From Chryseolinea sp. (GTDB lineage Bacteria > Bacteroidota > Bacteroidia > Cytophagales > Cyclobacteriaceae): 64,000 nucleotides of DNA. A program made the translations under genes and the position numbers. Of the stretch, positions 42,036 to 52,600 are shown piece after piece. Position 1 is the first letter of the stretch; each line of letters starts with the position of its first letter. The DNA lies in assembly GCA_035489615.1 (NCBI GenBank), contig DATHKA010000522.1:2420-66419 (forward strand). Direction: 5' to 3'. The notes beneath the pieces are model-generated. The model saw nothing but the letters and a program-made list of their open reading frames with translations. It did no database searches and had not been told where the DNA came from.

Positions 42036-44447
42036 TTACTCGCTTCGTAAACTCTTCAACGGGTTCGCAACAGCGGCTTTCACGCCGTGAAAGCTTACAG
42101 TAAACAATGTGATCAATAGCACACTCGAACCCGTAGCCACAAACACCCACCAGTTGATCTCCGTGTGGTAATGATACGTCAACAACCACTTCTGCAAATA
42201 ATACCACGCTATCGGCATCGCTACCAATAAAGAGATCGACACGAGCACAACAAATTCCTTCGATAGCAACATCCAAATATTGACAAGCGAAGCGCCAATC
42301 ACTTTTCTCACACCGATCTCCTTCGTTTTCTGTTCTGCCACAAACGATGAGAGTCCGAACAATCCAAGGCACGAAATAAAGATTGCAAGCACAGCGAATA
42401 CCGAAGCGAGGTTGCCGATACGTTGCTCTGCTTTGAATTTCATTCCATACTCATCATCCACGAAGCTATATTCGAGCGTGCTCGAAGTCACCAGCTTGTC
42501 GTGGATCTCCTCAATGGCCGACAACGATTCGGCAGTGCTTTTCTCCGGGTTGAGCCGGATAATCATCTGACCCAAACCGTTGTTCACAATATCCTTATCC
42601 AACCAGTAAAAGCCCGGACTCACCGCTTCGTAGGGACTGCTAGCAATCACATCTTCTATTACACCAATAATCTCACGCTCCATGCCATTTGCATTGATCG
42701 TTTCGCCAACAGGATTTTCGAAACCGATATAATCTGCCGCCGCCTTATTGATAACAACGGCATTCACATCCGTTGAATGTTCACGCGAAAAATCCCTGCC
42801 CTTCAATATCTTCCATTGGATCGTTTTACCGTACTCTTCATCAATCCACGTCACCGTAAAATTCGGATCAGTGTCCGGATTTTTTCCGCGCCAGTTAAAT
42901 CCACTCCAGTTGTCCCAAATGTCGGTGACCGGACTGCTCGCAAACGCCACGTCTGTCGCAATGCGATTCGAAAGCAACTGATTTCTCATCGCAAGCTTAC
43001 TTTTATCAAATTCTACATCGTGAATAGCAATACGAATGAGATTCTGTCGATCATAACCGACCGGTCTTGCTTGCGTGAATTGTACTTGTTGATACACGAT
43101 GATCGTTCCGATGATGAGCACCGACGACACACCAACCTGGATTACCACGAGAAATTTGCGCGGCATTGAAGCAAATTTGCCAACGCGAAATGTTCCTTTT
43201 AAAACTTTTACCGGTTGAAATGACGAGAGATAGAACGCCGGATACAGTCCTGCGAGAAACGCAGTGATAATAAGAAAACCGAGACTCGCCATCCAGAAAT
43301 ATATATTTGCAAAAGGGAGCGAGATCTTTTTGTCTGATAATTGATTAAAAGCAGGGAGCGATAGCGATACCATCAACAGGGCAACAGCGAATGCGATGGA
43401 GACGATCATAAAAGACTCACTCAGAAATTGATTGACGAGTTGAGACTTCATCGAGCCGATGGCCTTGCGAACGCCAACTTCACGTGCGCGTTTTTCGCTT
43501 CGTGCCGTACTTAAATTCGTGAAGTTGATGCAGGCAAGCAGCAATACAAAAGCGCCGACGATTCCAAACAGCCACACGAACGTGATACGTCCGGTAGCGG
43601 GATATCCGTCTTTGAATTCAGAATAGAGGTACCAGTTTTTGATTGGATTCAGCCATACTTGCGTCAGATGCTCCCGGGAATATTTTGCCACTTCTTCCGG
43701 CGTGTCTTTCAGGTAGAGATCTGCAATGACCGCGTTGGCTTGTTCGATCGAAATATTGTCGGCCGCCTGAACAATGATACGGGATGCATTATTTCCCCAG
43801 TTGGTTTCATTTGCTTTCATGAACGGCGTATTGTTCTTCAGGCCTTCGAAGTTTCCAAAGAACTCGATGTGACCAAAAAAGGAATTAGGCGCCATGTCGT
43901 ACACGCCAGTGATAATCGCATCGTGCGATGCATTGATCCTCACTGTTCGACTGACGGGGTCCTCGTCGCCAAAGATTGCTTCTGCAGCTGATTTCGAAAT
44001 GATGATTGCATTCGGATCGTCGAGGCTGTTGATGTCGCCACGAATCATTTTCATAGAGAAAATATCGATGGCCGATTTATCGATGTATTGGCCCTTCTTG
44101 CTGAAATTGCGCTCACCAACACGGATCGCATAATCGGCCTCCCACCACATAATCGCAACGTTCTTGAAGAGATGACCATATTTTTCTGTTAGGATCTTGG
44201 CAACAGGTTGAGCTGTTCCGAACCAGCTAACGGTGGTTTGACCTACCGGATCTACATTGGTGCGGTAAAACATGGCGATGTGATCGTAGTTCGTATAGCT
44301 GTGATTGTAGCTCACCTCATCGTACACCCATAACCCGATCATAATCGTTACCGACATCCCCACGGCGAGTCCGCCAATGTTGATGAGGCTGTACATTTTG
44401 TGTCGGAGAAGATTTCTGAAGGCGACTTTGAAATGATTGCGGATCAT
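42036..44447 (-). CDS. ABC transporter permease (MacB/FtsX duplicated)
   Basis: 803 aa; ACINFTNLSTARSEKRAREVGVRK, EQKTKEIGVRKV; ends NPLKSLRSE. Confidence 0.93.
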   Translation of the reverse strand: MIRNHFKVAFRNLLRHKMYSLINIGGLAVGMSVTIMIGLWVYDEVSYNHSYTNYDHIAMFYRTNVDPVGQTTVSWFGTAQPVAKILTEKYGHLFKNVAIMWWEADYAIRVGERNFSKKGQYIDKSAIDIFSMKMIRGDINSLDDPNAIIISKSAAEAIFGDEDPVSRTVRINASHDAIITGVYDMAPNSFFGHIEFFGNFEGLKNNTPFMKANETNWGNNASRIIVQAADNISIEQANAVIADLYLKDTPEEVAKYSREHLTQVWLNPIKNWYLYSEFKDGYPATGRITFVWLFGIVGAFVLLLACINFTNLSTARSEKRAREVGVRKAIGSMKSQLVNQFLSESFMIVSIAFAVALLMVSLSLPAFNQLSDKKISLPFANIYFWMASLGFLIITAFLAGLYPAFYLSSFQPVKVLKGTFRVGKFASMPRKFLVVIQVGVSSVLIIGTIIVYQQVQFTQARPVGYDRQNLIRIAIHDVEFDKSKLAMRNQLLSNRIATDVAFASSPVTDIWDNWSGFNWRGKNPDTDPNFTVTWIDEEYGKTIQWKILKGRDFSREHSTDVNAVVINKAAADYIGFENPVGETINANGMEREIIGVIEDVIASSPYEAVSPGFYWLDKDIVNNGLGQMIIRLNPEKSTAESLSAIEEIHDKLVTSSTLEYSFVDDEYGMKFKAEQRIGNLASVFAVLAIFISCLGLFGLSSFVAEQKTKEIGVRKVIGASLVNIWMLLSKEFVVLVSISLLVAMPIAWYYLQKWLLTYHYHTEINWWVFVATGSSVLLITLFTVSFHGVKAAVANPLKSLRSE

Positions 44448-44904
44448 GACGGTAGCGGTTTATCCTGTTTCATAGACTACAGGCGAGTTGAGAAATGGTT
44501 ACAACAGAACTTTCGTTGAATTCAACATTATCGTCAAACAATTTGAAAATTGCTTTTTTTAAACCGGCCTTTCGATAGCGTCTTTCAATCTTTCACTGAA
44601 AAGTATTTCTCCAGCATTCCCATGATTATTTCACAACTCCGCACAGGAATCCGGTGAAACTCGCTATAAAATTGGATTCGAAACATTCCCGTCAGGTTCA
44701 GGAGGCCTCACAAATTGTTAGACGGAAAGATCATAAAAGGTAATCTTTCTTGTGAGTTCAATAGCTGCTTGCCTGCGGGCTAAGGTTTACAAAAGGGTGA
44801 TTATGTGAGTGATGTAAGCTTCTCAGGAAAAGTGCCAGGAGACTAATCAATTGAATCATTTAAGTAGTGCCAATCTCGTAACGATAATGAGGACGCACCA
44901 GCAC

Positions 44905-47283
44905 TTATTCGGACTTCAGACTATTGACAGGATTGATAATTGCCGCACGAATGGCGTGGTAGCTGACAGTTGCCAACGCAATCAGCAACGCGCCTCCAAC
45001 TGCTACGGCAAAGATCCACCACGAAATTTCCGTGCGATATTCATAGTGACTGAGCCAGTCGTTAAACAGGTACCATGCGATTGGGGTTGCCACCAGGCAA
45101 GCGACAATCACCAGGATAACGAAATCCCTGGAGAGCATTTTCCATAAGCTGGCCACGGATGCCCCGAGTACTTTTCGAATCCCTAGTTCTTTCATTCGCT
45201 GTTCGGCAACGAACGAAGCCAGACCAAACAACCCCAGGCAGCTGATCGCAACGGCGAGTACAGCAAAGATCGAAGACAATTTTCCAACGCGAACTTCAGA
45301 TGAAAACTTTTGCTCAAATTCCTGGTTTACGAATTTATAATCGAACGGAACATTCGGAACTATTTTCCTGAACACCGACTCCACCAGAGCGATGGATTCA
45401 GCAGCACTTTTATCCGGGTTCAATCTCAGGTTGATCCAATTGACGGATTTATAATCGAGCAGGTAAATGGCTTGTTTTACCGGAGAGTAAGGCGACTGAA
45501 TAAGTACGTCCTCAACAACCCCGATGATATGGAGTTTGTCTGGTCCCCATGTAATCTCCATCCCCACGGGATCCTTGATACCCATAAACTTTACAGCGGC
45601 CTCGTTCAGAATAACAGCACTGAAGTCGGTCGAATGGTCACGTGAAAAATCTCTTCCTTCTTTGATCACCCAGTTTATTGTTTTTCCATACTCGTGTGTC
45701 GTTTTAATGGTCGCAAACTCCGGCATCAATGCAGGGTCCTTCCCTTTCCATTCAAACCCTCCGTTGTTGTTCCAAATTGCCGTGAGCGGACTCTGCGACT
45801 CGGACATTTCCAGCACAGCCCCAGAGTTTTTGAGTTCGTTGCGCAGCGCGTCAAACTTTCCGTGGAAGTCAGGCGATTTCATCGAGATCATAACGAGCCC
45901 GTTTCGATCATAGCCAACGGAGCGGTTTTTGGTGAATTGAATCTGACGATAGACAATTACAGTACCTATAATCAGAGTTACAGACACGGTAAATTGGACA
46001 ACCACAAGGACTTTTCGCGGAAGGGAAGAGAATCGTCCGCCTTTGAATATGCCTTTCAAAACCTTGACGGGTTGGAAGGAACTTAAATAAAGTGCCGGAT
46101 ACGATCCGGCCGTCAATGTTGTTACGACAATGAATCCAGTGCTAACCAGCCAGAACCGCGGGTTCACCCAATTGATAATGATTCTCTTGTCAGCCAGCTC
46201 ATTGAACCACGGCAGCGATAACATGACAAGACCCATGGCAACAAAAAAAGCAAAAAAAACAACAAGAAACGATTCACTTAAGAATTGATTGATCAACTGA
46301 CTCCTCACCGAGCCGATCGTCATGCGGATCCCGACCTCCTTAGCACGCTTCTCCGAACGCGCTGTGCTTAAGTTCATAAAATTGATACATGCGAGGAGCA
46401 ATACAAACCCTCCTATAGAACCAAACATCCAAACCATTTGAATTCTGCCACCTGCTTGCTTGCCGTCTTTGAAATCTCCGCGCAGGTACCAATCGCTCAT
46501 CGGAAGAAGGGCCAATTCAGGATCGAATTTCTGTTCTTCTTTAACGGCATTGAATTTTACTTTTTTTATTTTTTCGGATAAGGCCTTCATATCCGAACTG
46601 GTATTCGCTTGCACATACATTTGGAACGAATTGTCTCCCCAATTCGTCAGGTTTTCTTTTACCCAGCCTTCTGTAATATAAAGTTCCCAACTGGCAATGA
46701 AGTCGAGTTCATGAAATGTCGTATTGTAGGGGAGATCCTGGTAAACACCAATGACTTTGACGTCATATTTGTTATCGATCCGCAGCGCTTGATTTATGGG
46801 GTCCTGTTCTCCAAAAAGAGCTTTCGCTGTCGATTGTGATAGCAATATTGATGAAGGGTCATGTAATCCTTTACGGGTTCCATTAACCATTTTTAAGCTA
46901 ATCATCTCCGGAAAATCTTCCTGGTAATAGTTTCCGATTTTTCCAATGAAGTGATCTCTGACAGACAAGATATGCTCCCCTGTCCAGCTAGACATTGAGA
47001 TATGCTTGAAGTCAGCGCCGTAGCCAGTACGCAAGGCATTTTCGAATGGACGAGGTACGGCATTGCCGGTTTCGCGGACGCCATTGAAGGTCGCGTGCTG
47101 AAGCACCTGTGCGATGTCACTGTAGTTATCGTGGTAATGATCGTATGAAAGTTCATCATGAATCCAAAGGCCGATCGTCATTGCAACAGCCATTCCGAGG
47201 GCGAGGCCACCAATATTGATGAGAGAATTAACTCTGTTTTTGTTAAGGCTGCGAAAGGCTACTTTGAAGTAATTTCGGAACAT
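44905..47283 (-). CDS. ABC transporter permease (MacB/FtsX duplicated)
   Basis: MFRNYFKVAFR start at 47283; ACINFMNLSTARSEKRAKEVGIR; ends NPVNSLKSE. Confidence 0.93.
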   Translation of the reverse strand: MFRNYFKVAFRSLNKNRVNSLINIGGLALGMAVAMTIGLWIHDELSYDHYHDNYSDIAQVLQHATFNGVRETGNAVPRPFENALRTGYGADFKHISMSSWTGEHILSVRDHFIGKIGNYYQEDFPEMISLKMVNGTRKGLHDPSSILLSQSTAKALFGEQDPINQALRIDNKYDVKVIGVYQDLPYNTTFHELDFIASWELYITEGWVKENLTNWGDNSFQMYVQANTSSDMKALSEKIKKVKFNAVKEEQKFDPELALLPMSDWYLRGDFKDGKQAGGRIQMVWMFGSIGGFVLLLACINFMNLSTARSEKRAKEVGIRMTIGSVRSQLINQFLSESFLVVFFAFFVAMGLVMLSLPWFNELADKRIIINWVNPRFWLVSTGFIVVTTLTAGSYPALYLSSFQPVKVLKGIFKGGRFSSLPRKVLVVVQFTVSVTLIIGTVIVYRQIQFTKNRSVGYDRNGLVMISMKSPDFHGKFDALRNELKNSGAVLEMSESQSPLTAIWNNNGGFEWKGKDPALMPEFATIKTTHEYGKTINWVIKEGRDFSRDHSTDFSAVILNEAAVKFMGIKDPVGMEITWGPDKLHIIGVVEDVLIQSPYSPVKQAIYLLDYKSVNWINLRLNPDKSAAESIALVESVFRKIVPNVPFDYKFVNQEFEQKFSSEVRVGKLSSIFAVLAVAISCLGLFGLASFVAEQRMKELGIRKVLGASVASLWKMLSRDFVILVIVACLVATPIAWYLFNDWLSHYEYRTEISWWIFAVAVGGALLIALATVSYHAIRAAIINPVNSLKSE

Positions 47284-47499
47284 ATCGTATGACTTAGGTG
47301 ATGCATATTTCCTTTTTCGAAGTGCAAACGGCCGCAAATAGTTAAGGACCGGGTACCAATAATTCAGCCGCGCACGCAGTAACGATTTGCGTTTGGCCGG
47401 GATATTAAAATTCTTCTCCAGGTCGCCAGTAACTCATTCTATCAATTTATGCCGTAGGAAGCCTGTAGCAGTTTTGTAGCGGATATCGGTGGTCGTTTT
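47284..47499 (-). pseudogene. Decayed permease N-terminal prefix domain
   Basis: In frame upstream of the ATG: IE*VTGDLEKNF...RARLNYWYPVLNYLRPF (TGA at 47436-47434), preceded in a shifted frame by KRPPISATKLLQ. Confidence 0.7.
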
Positions 47500-47849
47500 G
47501 TACTATCCTTCACGAATCAGTTTTGCGGTTTTCCGTTTACTGCGTTTCGTGTGATTTGTTCTGCTTTTTAGCATTAAATACAGGAGAGTTTTAAGAAGGT
47601 TACACGCGTGGTTAACTTTTTCAGTAACCACCGTGGCTGGCTTACCGAGCCGCAGGCTGGGAGGAGTCAGATGATGCCAGCCTCCTTGTAGTGACTAATG
47701 GTTTGGATTGAAAAACCATGAACTGAACGGAATGTGGGTTTTGTGAAGACGCTCGGATCTGGCGCATCCAATCACAAGGAACATCACAAAGACAAGGAAA
47801 TTCCATCGAATTTCTACGGTCATAAATAAAACAGCAAAATAAATTTTGA

Positions 47850-47890
47850 GAAACCAATCAGTTGCGTATGTTTGCAACCGAATAGTTGCA
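47850..47890. promoter_or_regulatory. Tandem operators upstream of the ArsR/SRPBCC pair
   Basis: TGCAAC-N6-GTTGCA (47873-47890) and degenerate GAAAC-N6-GTTGC (47850-47865). Confidence 0.65.
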
Positions 47891-47902
47891 CATAAAACCA
47901 CG

Positions 47903-48223
47903 ATGAGACGAGATATTTTTCAAGCTATTGCCGACCCTACAAGAAGGGCAATTCTGGTGCTTATCGCTGCACAGGCTATGACACCTAATTCCCTGGCAGA
48001 ACACTTTGATACCACGCGACAAGCGGTTTCAAAACACTTGAAGATTTTAACGGAGTGTGCGTTGGTGAAACAAGAGTATCAAGGAAGAGAAATTTACTAT
48101 CAACTTGAGATTGATAAAATGAAAGAGATTGACAAATGGATTGAACAATTCAGAAAAATTTGGGAAACCCGATTCAATCAACTTGACATAGTATTATCAA
48201 CAATTAAAAAACAAAAAAAATGA
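47903..48223 (+). CDS. ArsR/SmtB-family regulator (non-metal, SRPBCC-linked type)
   Basis: [18 protein letters not shown] and [15 protein letters not shown] motifs. Confidence 0.88.
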   Translation: MRRDIFQAIADPTRRAILVLIAAQAMTPNSLAEHFDTTRQAVSKHLKILTECALVKQEYQGREIYYQLEIDKMKEIDKWIEQFRKIWETRFNQLDIVLSTIKKQKK

Positions 48224-48735
48224 AAAACGGTTTGCTATTTGATTTTACCGTTGACAAGGTAAAAAAAACGGTATTCATAAACAGAGAATTTGATGCCGGC
48301 CTTTCGCTGGTATGGGATGCTTTTACCAAACAGGAAATTCTTGACCAATGGTGGGCACCTAAACCCTGGGCCTCAAAAACAAAAATCATGAATTTTGAAG
48401 TTGGCGGACGAAGATTTTATGCGATGGTAAGCCCGGAAGGACAGGAGCGTTGGTCTATTCAGAAATATACTTCCATCAGTCCAAAAACCAATTTCAAAAT
48501 GTTGAATGCTTTTGCAGACAAAGATGAAAATCCTGAATTGCCAGGTTCTGAATGGGATTTCAATTTCAGTGAACAAAACGGACCCGATAGCAATCGGGTG
48601 ACAAAAGTCAGTATTTCTATTTATAATGAATCCCTTGACCGCTTAGAGAAGATGATTGAAATGGGCTTCAAGGAAGGATTTACGATGACGTTGAAAAGCC
48701 TGGAAGAAATATTGACATCATGGAAGAATAAGTAA
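48220..48735 (+). CDS. SRPBCC/AHSA1-like ligand-binding protein
   Basis: [24 protein letters not shown] and GFKEGF motifs; 4-bp overlap with the regulator. Confidence 0.87.
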   Translation: MKNGLLFDFTVDKVKKTVFINREFDAGLSLVWDAFTKQEILDQWWAPKPWASKTKIMNFEVGGRRFYAMVSPEGQERWSIQKYTSISPKTNFKMLNAFADKDENPELPGSEWDFNFSEQNGPDSNRVTKVSISIYNESLDRLEKMIEMGFKEGFTMTLKSLEEILTSWKNK

Positions 48736-48781
48736 GCACAACGACCAAAAAGATGCAGCATAAATAACAATTTGTTAAGAA

Positions 48782-48814
48782 ATGGTCGAAGCATTTAAAA
48801 CAAATGTTCAGGAA
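48782..48814 (+). pseudogene. 5' stub of the small Bacteroidota MVEVFKTNVQ-family gene
   Basis: MVEAFKTNVQE matches the recalled N-terminus of that family, after which the sequence diverges. Confidence 0.4.
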
Positions 48815-49023
48815 CGCGCTCTCTTTCAAACAGTACCATTGAAAACAAAAAACGGGCAGATCAGAAATTTGCCTGACCTGCCCGGTCTGGTAGATCTGAC
48901 CGGTAGATTGTCGAATTCCGTAAAACAGTTATGTGTTGTAATTCAGGAGGTTATGGCGGCTTAGCCACTTAGAATCAGTTCGATACTTCCGGCTGGGTTT
49001 TAAACAGCATTTGATCCGAGAAG

Positions 49024-49045
49024 AGGCTTCCGCTGGAAGCCTTTT
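49024..49045 (+). terminator. Intrinsic terminator-like hairpin
   Basis: AGGCTTCC-GCT-GGAAGCCT followed by TTT. Confidence 0.45.
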
Positions 49046-49090
49046 ACTATTGAAATTGAAAGCTTAAATCACCCCTTCATAGGCCACCGT

Positions 49091-49285
49091 TCATGTGAGA
49101 CATTCTCCATTATTTGCCCTTTCCTGGCGCTTGCCTTGAAAAATAACTAATGAACCTACTGACCAGTCAGTATGTGTTTTTGAGCGTGTGTAGAAAATTA
49201 TTTTATCGGGTTGGTAATGGGCATCCCAGACTTTTGACGGTGGAGCAACGATATCAATGGAATTTTTGATTGCACGTGTAGCCAT
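49091..49285 (-). pseudogene. Degraded SRPBCC-family gene
   Basis: IKNSIDIVAPPSKVWDA(c)ITNP...TDWSVGSLVIFQG, with frameshift and early stop. Confidence 0.6.
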
Positions 49286-49600
49286 AGTTATTCAAATATT
49301 TTTTGTTACGTTTTTATAAGCTTTATGATTTGACCGTCTTGTAAAAGCAAAAAAATCGCCCGGACGGCCAGACTCACATTTAAGTATCACGTTTTACTTT
49401 TCAGCTATTCATAGCATAGTCAGTGATCTTGTTGAAACGGTTTGGTTCTTACCGGTACTTTCGTTGAATATGCCTCGAGGTATCAGCTTCCTTCTTATTC
49501 AAAGCAGGTTGGTGCAGGAATTCTCCCTGCAAAATTGTCCATTTAACGAGGGAAAATGTCCATTTGTCATACCTGGCAAATATCTTAGATTGAGCGCTCT

Positions 49601-52600
49601 ATGTTGAGACCGATACTTTTACCTGTTTTTCTTTTTCTCACCTGTTTCAATCTTTCAGCACAGCAGACCTGCGGCGCCGATGAGGTTTATCGTAAAATGA
49701 TGCAGGATCCGGATTATAGATTAAAGTACGATCAGTTCAAAACCGTTACGCGCAATGCAGTAGTCGGGCGCAGAAACGTGCGAATTCAGTCAAACAGCAC
49801 CGTTTATTCTATTCCCATTGTATTCCACATCATGCATAAGGGCGAACCGCTGGGTTCTGGTGTTAATCTCACGGATGAAACAATCGTTGCTGTGGTGAAA
49901 GGGATGAATGAACGGTACAGAAAAATTCCAGGAAGCATCGGTGATGGCCATTCGGTCGATATGCAGTTCCAGTTTGTGCTTGCTGTACAAGATCCGGACG
50001 GCAATTGCACCAATGGCATCAATCGTGTCGACATGAGCAGCTACCAGGATTATATGGACTATGGCACGGCAGGCCCTTTGAGCGTTCCCTTGGGCATGGA
50101 GGATGCCGATGTAAGAGCGCTCAGTTCCTGGGACTCCCATTATTATTGTAACGTGTGGATTGTATCTGATATTTATGGATACGCCGGCTATGCGTTTTAT
50201 CCCGATCAGCACGGCAATCCATGGGATGGAGTAATGATCAAGTCCGATGTGGTCGGTGATGCCGCTTCGCCTGCATTGACACATGAACTGGGACACTATA
50301 TCGGCCTCCGCCATGTTTTCGAGGGTGGAGACACAGAGAACTGTCCTGTCAATAACGATTGCGCCATTGATGGCGATGGCGTATGCGACACCCCTCCCCA
50401 ACTTCTGTCTGCGCCCTGTGAGCCTACGCCGAATTCTTGCGCGCCGGGAGAAATTCTTGAAGCGGTTAACTACATGGGTTACTCCTGCATGAATGAATTT
50501 ACAGAGGGACAAAAAGAGCTGGCCAGGAATGCCTTTGAGATTTACCGCAGTTCGTTGCTGGAAGAAAACGGAAATCTCGCGCTCGTTCCCGTCGGGACGC
50601 CTGCACCCGATTTTACTCTGGTGACAGTGCCAGGCGCTTGCATGATCGCGGGAGATAAAATTCAACTGTTCGACCACACGCTTTGCATTCCCAACACACT
50701 CGTCAATTCATGGGAAGGCTCTGGCGTTGCATTCAGTTGGATAATGACAAACAACGATGGAGCCACCCTGACATCAACCGACCAAAATCCTGCTTTCGCC
50801 ATACCGGCAGAGGGTAGTTACGATGTAACCCTGACGGTCACTTCATCGCTGGGAACGAACTCAGTGACCCAACAGGATTTCGTAATAGCAGGCCCGGCAC
50901 CTGCACCCGATTTTACGCTGGCAACAAGCACTTGCATGGTCGCGGGAGCTGAAATTCAACTGCTCAACAGTACGCCTTGCCTTCCGAATATCAATGTATC
51001 CTTTGACTGGACGATCACAGACAACCATGGCGTAACCCTGACATCAACCGATCAGAATCCTGCCTTCACGATTCCAGTGCAGGGTAGTTATGATGTAACC
51101 CTGGCAGTCACCACATCGATAGGAACAAACTCAGTTACCAAACAGGATTTCGTAATAGCGAGTGCGGGACCGGCACCTGATTTTACGCTGACGATAGCGC
51201 CTGGCACTTCCCTAACTGCAGGATCTGAAATTCAATTGATCAATGGTACGCCCTGCCTTCCTAACACCAACGTTTCTTTCAACTGGACCATCACCAACAA
51301 CCATGGCGTAACCCGGACATCAACCGATCAGAATCCTGCGTTCACCCTTCCAGTGACTGGTAATTACGATGTGACCCTGGCAATTACCACACCGCAGGGA
51401 ACAAACTCTATTACCAAACAGGATTTTATAGTGGTAGGAGAAATACCACAGGCACCGAGCTGTGTTGCCCAGACAGCCGACCCGGTCGATTACCAGTACC
51501 GCGGTGACGATATCGGAATCCGTGAAGTAATATTGAATGACCTGGACCATCTTTCAGGAACTACAATACAAGATGCAGCAGGGGGTGTGACCAACGCTAA
51601 TGGGTATGGTGATTTCAGTGGCAGCCAGATGGCGAACCTCGAGCCATTTACGGAATACACCATCAGTGTTGTACTGAGCGATGTTAATCCTGAAAACGTT
51701 CACGTTTACATCGACTTTGATAATAATGGAATCACCGAAGATGACCTCGTGACCTTTGCCTATAATATTCCGGCAGGCTCAGGAACGTACGCGCTTCCTT
51801 CTTTTGCATCGCCAGACTTTCCCGTTTACAATACCCGGTTACGCATGCGGGTTGTCGATGAGGATATCTACAGTCCATATCCGGAGACTTGTGGTGTACC
51901 CGTCTATGGACAGGCTCAGGATTATAGCGTCATTTTCAATAATTCATTCCCTGTAGCAAACGATGACGCGGCAACCGTCAATGAGGACGAAATGGTTGTC
52001 ATCGATGTAGCAGATAACGACTCGGACGCAGATGGGACGCTTTTGGCCGGGTCAGTGGACATGGATTTCTCTACTCCTCTCAATCAAGGTGCAAAATCGA
52101 CTCCGGAAGGAGCTTGGCTGTACGTTCAGGGAAATAGAGTTTCATTCAAGCCCATACCAGATTTCAATGGTACGGCTACGCTGGAATATACCGTCACTGA
52201 TGACAAGTACATAGTGTCTAATCCGGCCACAATAACCGTAACTGTAACCCCGGTGAATGATCTGCCCTCGTTCACAAAAGGAGCAGATCAATTTGTGAAC
52301 GAAGGTTCCGGTCCGCAGCTTGTGAATGGCTGGGCAACAGTGCTATCGTCAGGGCCACCGGATGAGGCATTGCAGGAATTGACCTTCTCTCTCTCCAACG
52401 ACAACAACGCATTGTTTGCCGTTCAGCCTTCCATCGACGCCAACGGAGACCTCACGTACACTTCTGCGAATAACACTTCCGGTTCAGCCATCGTAAGCGT
52501 TGTATTGAGTGATAATGGAGGAACAGCTAACGGCGGTGTCAATACGTATACAACGCAAACATTTACGATCACAGTAGCAGAAATACCTCAGGCACCGAGC

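Noticed and set aside
44480-44640. Decayed frame GEILFSERLKDAIE/AGLKKAIFKLFD, reminiscent of immunity-protein (DUF1629-like) text
   Set aside because: Needs a frameshift and several stops; too short to assign without a search.
47642-47901. Lipoprotein-like stub FLVFVMFLVIGCARS on the minus strand
   Set aside because: Terminates early, overlaps the ArsR operators and matches no family.
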